Assembly (NCBI GenBank): GCA_001938485.1
Contig: MQRK01248054.1
Coordinates: forward strand, 1 to 62,444
Source of the DNA: Girardia tigrina
Taxonomy: Eukaryota
Reading direction: 5' to 3'
DNA: 62,444 bases
A program made the position numbers and the translations under genes. Positions within the stretch are counted from its first letter, which is position 1. Every line of letters begins with the position of its first letter. The notes under the pieces were generated by a model. The model saw nothing but the letters and a program-made list of their open reading frames with translations. It was not told the origin of the DNA and did no database searches. Shown here piece after piece: positions 53,005 to 62,444 of the stretch.

Positions 53005-53572
53005 TGAAACCGAAACTCTACCAAAAGAAGGTTATGTTGACTGTTTGGTGGTCTGCAGCCGGTTTCATCCATCACAGCTTTCTGAATGCAAGTAAAATGA
53101 TCACCGCAGATTAGTACTGCCAACAAATTGACAAAATGCGTCACGAGCTCCGACATATGTGTCCGAGATTGGTCAATATGAAGGGACCTATTCTCCACCA
53201 TGACAACGCCCGGTAACACATCCAAAAACCGACCTTACAATAGCTAAACGAATTGAGCTACGAAACTCTGCCTCATCCACCTTAATCACCGGACCTCTCG
53301 CCCACCGACTACCATTTTTTCAAGCATCTGGACAACTTCCTCCAGGAAAAATGGTTCAAAAACCAAAAAGATTGTAAAAACGCTTTTAACGCTTTCATCA
53401 CATCCAGAACTCAGGAGTTCTACACTAGGGACATCAATAAACTTGTTTCTCATTGGCAAAAATGTATTGATTCTGATGGTTTCTATTTCGATTAATAAAG
53501 TTTATTCTGTTCTGAGTTACATTTGCTTAAAGTCTAGGTTCAAAAACCTACATTGCTTTTGCAACAACCTAA
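53005..53572 (+). mobile_element. Mariner 3' half with TIR (Hsmar1/cecropia-like)
   Basis: KKVMLTVWW, ILHHDNAR, HPP*SPDLSPTDYHFFKHLDNFL; terminus ..TTGCTTTTGCAACAACCTAA then TA. Confidence 0.88.
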
Positions 53573-53780
53573 TACTTCCAACAAGAGGAAAGAATAAAAA
53601 TATGAATACTTTTAACGCTCCAAAAATAACTTCAATATTTACTATCCAAGAATTACGCATCAATTTTTTTAATTCTAATTTTTGTTGCCAGATTTTATTT
53701 GTGGAATCTTACCGAATTCTCGTTTGCTTAAATAGCTATTTTTCTTTATTTTTAATTATTTCCATAAAAATAATTAAATA

Positions 53781-54685
53781 TTAGGTTGTGGAAAAAGAAA
53801 TCCATTATTTTGGCGTGAAATTCAAAACTTTATTTAGCATGTTTCGGATTGTCCTCTTGAAGTCAGATATGCACCGCTTTTTTGTATAATTAGTTGCCAT
53901 TTTGAAGGTAGCTTCATAATGCCTCTCTCGTAGAAGTCTTGGTCCTTATTGGCGAAAAACTGTAGTAATCGATTTTCACAATCTTCTATTGATCCCAATT
54001 TCTTATCACTCAGGAAATTTTGCAATGCGAGAAAAGGTGGTAATCGCTTGGTACCAGGTCCGGACTATATGGTGGATGCATTAAAACTTCCAAAACAAGC
54101 TCCCTGAGTTTCTGGCAAGTCACTACAGACGTATGTGGTCTGGCGTTGTCGTGATGGAACACAACACCTCTTCTGTTGGCCAATTCTGGTCATTTCTCAT
54201 CAATTGCTATTTTCAAACTGTCCAATTCTTGACAGTACAGATCTGAATTTAGCGTTTGGCCATACGGAAGCAACTCATAATAAATGATTCCTTTCCAGTC
54301 CCACCAAATACACAGGAGAACCTTCCTGGCCGTTAGTTCTGATTTGGCGACCGTTTGAGGTGCTTCACCGTGCTTTGACCACGATCGTTTTCGTAACATA
54401 TTGTCGTATGTGACCCATTTCTCATCGCCAGTAATCTTCCGTTTAAGAAATGGGTCGATTTCATTTCGTTTGGCCAAGGCTTCGCAGATGGAAATTCGAT
54501 CCATCATGTTTTTTGTTGTTAATTGTTTTGGTATTATTTTTTTGGTAGCTTTACCAAATGGTTAAAAACCGTTTTGTGGTCGATCTTCAGCTCCTGTGCG
54601 ATGCTACGACTACTAACATGCCGATCAACTTCGATCATTGCCGAGATTTTATCGACATTTTCAACGATAAACCTGCCTGTGAGAA
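53781..54685 (-). mobile_element. Mariner element, 5'-truncated, with TIR
   Basis: TA then TTAGGTTGTGGAAAAAGAAATCC terminus; ITGDEKWVTYDN, KVLLCIWWDWKGIIYYELL, HHDNARPH, HPPYSPDLVPSDYHLF. Confidence 0.9.
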
Positions 54686-54810
54686 GTTAAATACTCTTCA
54701 GACTTAATCAAGATTTACAACCGAAGTTTTTCATTTTCCATTGCGTTTCTATGAACGAGCCCGGATCCCGGTAAACCATTGTTTCCTCACCTTCTTACTC
54801 AGGATCAAAC

Positions 54811-56864
54811 ACTAACAGTCACTATCATAAAATCCGCATCTTCCAAACCACAAGTCGCTTCAAGTTGTAAATGACTGAGAACAATTTTTCCCATGACTCG
54901 GATCTTGAAAAGAACCCAATCTGTGCTCATCGGGAAATTATTAATATTCAAACAATCCTTATCGCATTTCGAATCGTCGATCTTATAAATCTTTTTCATA
55001 ATATTAGTACAATTATTCCCAATTTTATTTTCTTCATCGGAAATAATAAGATATTTACTCTGAATACTTTTTTTTCTTTTCGTCGCACTTTATAATTAAT
55101 AAATTAACACTCGTTGACATGCTCTCGCCTAATGAATTTTAATTGAATTGAAATTATTAAGTTTAGAGCATTCATAATTTCAAAATATTAAGAAATATTA
55201 CGAAATTAACCAATTAATTTTTCCGCTTTAATTTGAATTTTCGTTTTAATATTCCATATTTCAAGTAATTCTACAAACATTTTATCAAAAGGACAATGAA
55301 TATAATATTACTTTTTTCATTTTATTTTACTGTGAGCTTCTTTCCTTCAATGACTTTTTCTCTTGAGCTCATTCAAATCCACACTATAACCAGACATGGT
55401 GCACGAAGCCCTTGTTCTACTTATCCTTCTGATCCTTATAGACATTTGTGGACAAAAGGATTAGGACAACTTACTTCTAGAGGTATCGATCAATTGAAAG
55501 AAGTTGGAACATTTTTAAGAAAGAATTATCATGATTTTTTACCAAATACTTTTCATAAGGTTATTATTATTATTTATTTTTATTAATTTATTACATCTAA
55601 AACTATAGAAAGCAGTTTACATTAGAAGTTCAGATTGTGATAGAACAATTATGAGTGCCCTGGCTGCGATGAGTACATTATTTGAAAACCAATTTGTTCC
55701 TGTTCATACAGTTCCAAAATTATATGACTTTATATTAAAAATGTCCAGTAAATGTCCCTATCATAGTGAACGTCTTTCAGAAGAATTTAGATCAGAAAAG
55801 TACGCAAAAATTCTTGAGCAACATTCAATATTTTTCAAGGAATTAGAAAGACATTCGGGTTTGATTTANNNNNNNNNNNNNNNNNNNNNNNNNNNNNNNN
55901 NNNNNNNNNNNNNNNNNNTTTTAAAAGAATTAAATAAATTGTAAATTAAAAATAATAATGACTGTTATTTTAGGAGTTAATAATATCGATTTTCATAAAG
56001 CTTTCAAAATATGTGACCCAATTCTGGTTTGGAATCAAACGAATCTGACTTTTCCGAATTGGTTGAATATGACATATGTAGAGAAGTGCAACAATCTTAG
56101 TAATCTGAATTATGTTATTTCATATTCAAATACAGCATTAACGAAATACCGGGGTGGGCCATTAGCAACCAATATTATGGAAAATATGAACAAGCGTGCA
56201 AGATCATTTGCTATCGATAAAAGTGGATTGAAAATGATCGGTTTCTTTACACACGACAGTACAATATCGGCATTTTTGAGTCATTTGGGAAGTTTCAATG
56301 GAGTTAGACCTCCTTTAGCGAGTACAGTGATTGTTGAACTGTATCATGATCCACAATCGATACTGATTGATGACGAACCTTTAACACAATTCTTTGTCCG
56401 CCTGTTATTCAGAAACGATACGAATATCGCTCCTCACATTCTCGATATATCGCTATGTAGAAATAAAGACGGATCAGTTGGTCGCAGTAACGGTTATTGC
56501 CGACTCGACATTCTTCAGAATAGTTTGCAACCATATGTCATAAAAGACATAATCGAAGAATGTGGATTGACACATTATATCAATAATTAGATTATAAGCA
56601 ATCATTAAATAAAAGAAACTGAATATATTTTCATCATTTGGTTCAATTAAATCAATTCATTTTGAATAATAAACATTATATAGAAAACTTTGGATTATTT
56701 TTAATTAGCCATGTGATATATAAAGTATAATTTTTAATATGTATAAAAGGTACACTAAATAAACAATTGCCAATATTTTAGTTATATATAAAGAAAGACC
56801 ACATTTATTAAAGATAATAGTAATTTCATAATTGTGAGTCCACTGGGCATGTTAGAGGCAATTC
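54811..56864. repeat. Right arm of the ~2.05 kb inverted duplication
   Basis: Reverse complement of 48753-50806. Confidence 0.97.
55296..56590 (+). CDS. Histidine acid phosphatase (prostatic/lysosomal type), secreted, 3 exons, copy B
   Basis: Exon 1 55296-55559 (AAG|GT), 49 nt intron, exon 2 from 55609 (KAVYIRSSDCDRTIMSA), exon 3 55974-56590; RHGARSP and HD motifs; no C-terminal transmembrane segment; translations identical to copy A. Confidence 0.93.
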
Positions 56865-58889
56865 GCAATTATAATACTGATTACATTTTCCCATAATCTG
56901 AAGGAAAATAGGATGGTATCGAGAATTCTGACTGATGTATTTGACATCGGTCCATGTCAATAGACGCACCATAAAATATCACCTATAGTTTATTTTCCAT
57001 TGACTAAATGATGCCTTGATCGCTTGACTGAATTGCACTTGTTGTATTAAGAGAAAGAAATAAGAGTTCAGTGGAGGTGAGATTTGGCGATTTTGATGAT
57101 CAAGAGTACATACCAGTCAGTAAAATGCATTTTTTGTCAAAGTTATTGAGCAATTAAATTTGGATTAATTCATCCAAGCTTTCTTGTTGACTCTGTAATC
57201 CACTGGTAAACGTTTGATATTCGTGAGGCATTGAGGATTAAATTATTTTCCTATGACAAGGATTAAACATTTCTAAGAGCCGTACATGCATGTGTCAACA
57301 AGTATAGTCGGACTCTTTTTACTTTATTTTCTACCGACACATGTTTTATTTGTGAAAGCCAATGTTTTGGGATTCGGATAATTCAGTAGGGTGGGAGTGG
57401 AACTTGACCCTTAAACGAGCCGTTGGAAGACCAAGAAAATTACCTCGACAAAACTGTATGCATCGTATCTGGATAAGATGAAAAAGAAAATCACACGTGG
57501 TTTAATTTCTAAAATACTCACATTGTTATTGGAATCCTGGTAATATCAAATTGTTAGGGTTTCGAAAAATACATGTGAACACTTTTGATAAAAATTTTAT
57601 ATAGGAAAATTTTCAAATAAGTCTTTTAGTAAAATTATTAATTTCAAACAAAATAATATTTAGTTTAACAAAACCTGGAACTAAAAATTATAAATGTTTG
57701 TTCTACTTCATCAAAAATTATAAATATTTTAGTCTTTGTTTTACTTCATCAATTTTCAAGGCTGATAAAAATTACTATATAAACAGCAGTAAATTTAGTT
57801 TTAGTTTGCCCAAAAATATTTGCTAAAAAATTCGCATAGGAAGAGTTCACATAATCAAGTAAAGTGAATAACAAACTTATTTTATTTTTATTTTATCCTT
57901 TAAAATATTGTTTTATTAAAGAAACCATAAGTACCACGTATGGGAGAAAAAGGTTTTTAAATTTAAAGTTTTAATCGTTCGTTTTTGGAGATTCACAGTC
58001 TTTACTGTAATCTGTTAACTCGCACTAAATATTGATTTGTGTTTGTATTCAGTCATCAAGAATTGAATTATTATTATTTTTGACTTGTTAATTTTTGTTA
58101 TTTGAAATAAAGTTTCATAAAGAATTTGTATTCATTATTCATATATTTATGTTGGAAGTCCTTTCTGATTAATTTGAGTCAAATCAAAGATATAAAGATT
58201 AAAGTTTAAAGAATAAAGCTTTACGATTAAAGATTTAAGATTAAGATTTAAGAGAGTGTTTAAAAAATTCTGAGGACTCGGACGACCTTTTAGTCCGTCT
58301 TATTATAGAAGAAAATCAAAAAAAATCTATAAGATTGGAATCAAAAATTCTATTTATCAAATTAGAATCAAAATTTCTATTTATGAAAATATGATTTTGA
58401 TGATAAAAAAAATTAACAATTTTATAGGTTTTTTTAAAGAAAAAAATATATATGTATATAAAAAAAGAAAAAAACCGATTTAAAAGTGTGTTTAAAATGG
58501 TTAAAAAATGTTTTTGTGAAGGACAATTTAAATGTAATCAATTTTTTGTCCGAGAAGAATTTTAATTTAATAAATGAAGAAAAAAATGAATTTCGACTTC
58601 TTTATTTTAAAAATTGTGACCAAGCACGTGAAACGGTCCTCCTTAGGACCAATAAATCTGATTCTCGAAGAGAAAAGACGATCCAAGGATCGCAGATATA
58701 GTGGAGGCTTCATCGTTCGGAAGCGCTCCTAAATAAAAAAAATAAATATCCAGCGGTGCAAACCGGGGCGGTACATCGGTTCTCACTAGAGCTGAATATT
58801 GGATCCAGGTTAATAATATTAATTGTGAATCCCTCGATACCGCGTCATTATCTTCGGAAACCAGAGAGCTGCGACTGCGCTGCAAAGAT

Positions 58890-59400
58890 TTCACTGCGAT
58901 CTGCCATTGTTATCCACAGGAGAAGCTTATAAGAAATCCCAGTTTAATCTTCCTTAAAAATATCTTTAGAAGAATATCAATAGAGGTAGGTAGGTAAAAC
59001 ATTCTTACAAAAGTGTCTGCTACGACATCAGCTGATGCAACTTCTCCATTAACAATTTTAAAGCTAAGTTCATGAAGTTTCTTAAATCTATCGACAAGCA
59101 ATTGTCGGCTCTTAAATCGTTGACACAAAGTTCATTGACAAAGTATTTGGCTTTCTCTATGAATGTAATATTTGACCAATATTTGGAATATTTTGGGTTC
59201 CTTGTTGTGTGAACCGAATAGTCAATGCAGTTATCTATTACCTTCAGTTTTCAACAATTCTTGAAATAGCCTTTGACGTTGCAACCCGATTGTTGACACT
59301 GAGCTCTTTAGCGTCTATAGTTTCGATCATTTCTATTTTCGAAGAGAGGAAGAAGGTCTTCCACTTCAAGGACATGTTGATAAACTATTCAGCAGAGGAG
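58890..59400 (-). pseudogene. Tigger/pogo-like transposase N-terminal remnant
   Basis: FLSSKIEMIETID.., LVDRFKKLHELSFKIVNGEVASADV (CENP-B HTH-like). Confidence 0.5.
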
Positions 59401-61169
59401 ATGATGAAATTTTAACCCTTGACTGTGTATAATAATTTGTAAACAACATTTATACATTACACGCACATACACATACATCTGACGCATGTTTGATACGCTA
59501 AAACTCGCACACAATAATCATGCACACATGAGGTCACGTTTACAGCTTTTATGAATGTTCAATTATCTAAAGATTGAATTACTACATAGCGAATGTGAAA
59601 TTCAGAGAGAAAAACATCGACAAAATGATCATTAGAAACGACTGATAGGCGGATGACTAAGAGTTGTCATAGACAATGCGTTTGTAAAAGAGTTCTTATT
59701 GCTTCTGAATGGTCAGAACATTTTCTTAATGCCTGTGAATGTCAGTGCGATGTGAGTGTGTGTTTCTATGAGATACTGTCATTCTTAACGATAGAGAAAA
59801 GAATTGATTGTTAGACCACTCTTTTCATGCACACACAGAGTTTACAAACACCACCCTAGGGAGTGTCACAGCATGAATAACCATGTCTTATAAGGCTTTT
59901 GAATAAAGAGTTATCTTCCCATTCACACCGAGGGTTAAGAATAATCCTCATTTACACAAAGAATAAAATTGTGAGGAAAGAATAGATAGAAATTGTACTC
60001 TAAGTAACTCAAATATCATTCGTCCAATCCATGTGTAATGGTTAATAGTTAAAGTGTGAGAGATTTTTATACAAATGGAATGATCACGGGATACAGAATA
60101 GTGCGGTGAAATTGAAGTTCTCAACATACTGTATTGTTTAAGAACACGCACAAATAGAAGACTATAACAATGGCCATCTTGTAAAAAGTCTCTGTTGGTT
60201 GCCACAGAGCGGGCTCAGCGTGGCTGTGACACTCAAGCGCTCGTGTCCTGGGTCGTGCGGTATTAATAATGATCTCTCAACGATTAGAGGGGGCGCGAAC
60301 CTGTTCATCTGACGCATTAAATCTTCATTTTTTCTCGAAAAGACATTTTCGAGAATAGCTTTTACTGGATCGATTTGCGACAGCAACAATTTTAACCTTA
60401 TCGTCGATTATTTTCTGGTTACCATCGATCTATTTGAAATTTGTAAACATTAATGTCAAAACCTTGTCGCGAATTCGATAACATACCAAATTGCCATTGA
60501 TATTAATGACATACTTCATTTTCATCAATAATGCTTGCTCGATTTCCTTATCATTTTCATTCATGATAGCGTCAAATAAATAATCGGACATTTGATACGC
60601 ACTCTGCACTTCAGAAAGAGCGCCCTGCATACACATGACAATAATCGTCTTTCGGTAAAATTGCAATATCATTTAGGCAGTTTGAAATTATTTCAAGCAA
60701 TAATCATATAAATTTAAGATTGTATTTTTGAAACAAATTTTATTCAAATAAATTATTTTTTATAAATCCAAATTAATTTTTCTGTCAAAAATTTAAAGTG
60801 ACTATCAAAAATTTACTCCGCACCTTTATTACCAATTTACACCGCGCTTTTATCAACATTTCGCGAAAATGGAAAGAAATGAATTTCTTGTGTTACACTT
60901 TTATTAACAATTCACTCCGCGCCTTTATTATCAAAATTCACAATTTCAGTCATCACAAAACTCAAAATTTCAAACAAACCGATATCGACTCAGAAATAAC
61001 CCTCCAAACTCTATTTTTACCACAACAAAACAATTACATTGATGCAGTAAAACAATTTTCCAAAAATCATTTGGTGGATCGAACGTATTAGACCAACTCA
61101 CACCATCATATAATTAGCGATCTGTTGCGATAGAACTTAAAATTTAACATAACATACATAATTTCGAAG

Positions 61170-61218
61170 CAGGACATTTCGACGCCGCCATTTCGATGCC
61201 GGGACATTTCGACGCCAG
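61170..61218. repeat. Three short repeats CATTTCGA(C/T)GCC
   Basis: ggacatttcgacgcc gccatttcgatgcc gggacatttcgacgcc; resembles subterminal repeats of non-autonomous DNA transposons. Confidence 0.6.
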
Positions 61219-61262
61219 AAATTAGGATTTAAATGAAATAGTATTTCTAATTAGGACTTTAT

Positions 61263-61500
61263 AATTAGGATTTTTGGGAATAAAATGAAAGAATTTGTTA
61301 TTAATTAACATTTTTGGGAATAAAATGAAATAATTGGTTATTAATTAGGATTTTTAGGAATAAAATGAAATAATTTGTTATTAATTAGGATTTTGGGGAA
61401 TAAAATGAAATAATTGGTTATTAATTAAGATTTTTGGGAATAAAATGAAATAATTGGTTATTAATTAGGATTTTTAGGAATAAATGAAATAATTTGAAAT
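61263..61500. repeat. 40 bp minisatellite, about 6 copies
   Basis: Unit AATTAGGATTTTTGGGAATAAAATGAAATAATTGGTTATT, head to tail with no spacers. Confidence 0.92.
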
Positions 61501-62444
61501 GAATTAGGAATTTTAGCCTGCTTTCAATGGCTGTCAAACATAAATTAAGAGACACAACTTGCGTAAAATACCGGAATTGTATATTTATAGAAGTTTGTTT
61601 ATGAGAATAGAATTGCAATTATAGTTAAAACGGAACATGTCACAGACCTATTGATCCATCCACATATAATGTAAAATTTTGATTAAAAATTATAAATAAT
61701 TATTAATATATATAACTACTTCAACATTATTTTTAATATAAACTGTCACGACCCTCTCGAGTGAAACACTTTTGACAGCTCGCGAGCCCCCAGTGATTGT
61801 TATGGGTCAACCACAACCCAGTTTAAACTTATTTAATTGTATTGTCTTTATAAATAGGGTCGGACGCCTCCTATCTTGCCTGACATCTGCCCAGCAGTGC
61901 CAGACTCAAGGGGCCTTCGGGTTCAGTTAAAGGTAGGATAGGCTGTGGGCCCCCCACCTGGGTCAGNNNNNNNNNNNNNNNNNNNNNNNNNNNNNNNNNN
62001 NNNNNNNNNNNNNNNNNNNNNNNNNNNNNNNNNNNNNNNNNNNNNNNNNNNNNNNNNNNNNNNNNNNNNNNNNNNNNNNNNNNNNNNNNNNNNNNNNNNN
62101 NNNNNTATCCAGTAATTTAGGTAAATCATCTCTATACTAGCGTAGCGGTATCGCATACTACAAACGTACTTTAATTCAAAAGCCATTTCCCAAGTTCTTT
62201 TATTATTATAAGTTCGTTATAACCGTTCATTAGAAAATTTAACTTATGAACGATTTTATCCCATTAAAAGAATTATTGTTAAAAGCTATCGCAGAAGAAC
62301 TATCGTAAATGATTATTACCGAAAGTTATCAAATTAAAGAAAATTGGTTTTTAATTCCTATTCGAATTAAGAATTGCAGTATATTTCAATTTTAATTTCT
62401 ATTCGCGTGCCGTAAAAGGTGTTCCTAAAATTATGTCCCACTAA

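Noticed and set aside
55941-55973. 33 nt intron using the GTAAAT donor at 55941 in the phosphatase
   Set aside because: The donor is phase 2 but the acceptor at 55973 needs phase 1; the true donor probably lies in the masked stretch.
61263-61500. 40 bp regular repeats as a CRISPR array or telomeric tract
   Set aside because: Units are head to tail with no unique spacers, there are no cas genes and the context is eukaryotic; TTAGG occurs only once per unit.

Overview
Very AT-rich eukaryotic genomic DNA, probably from an invertebrate; the taxon cannot be fixed from the sequence. Most of the window is nested, largely decayed transposable elements: Tc1/mariner (DD41D, mariner, Tc1, pogo/Tigger), hAT (Buster-like, CGGBP1-like, ZMYM1-like), piggyBac remnants, Penelope-like retroelements, three Ty3/Gypsy elements (one full length with both LTRs), a fragmented BEL/Pao element and an RTE LINE fragment. 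Host coding content is (i) a three-exon secreted histidine acid phosphatase gene present twice, head to head, in a ~2.05 kb inverted duplication around a 4 kb TE-filled spacer, and (ii) three phase-compatible minus-strand exons of an unidentified gene with large TE-filled introns. The most unusual signal is an insert at 22110-22525: about 1.13 tandem units of a 370 nt circularly permuted 3'-terminal 28S rRNA fragment, flanked by a 7 bp duplication, as expected if a circular rRNA-derived RNA had been reverse transcribed and integrated. Also notable: a minimal hammerhead ribozyme in a Penelope 3' end, and palindrome arms that look identical internally but are diverged at their edges. All calls are by eye; no searches or folding were run, and several stretches are N-masked.
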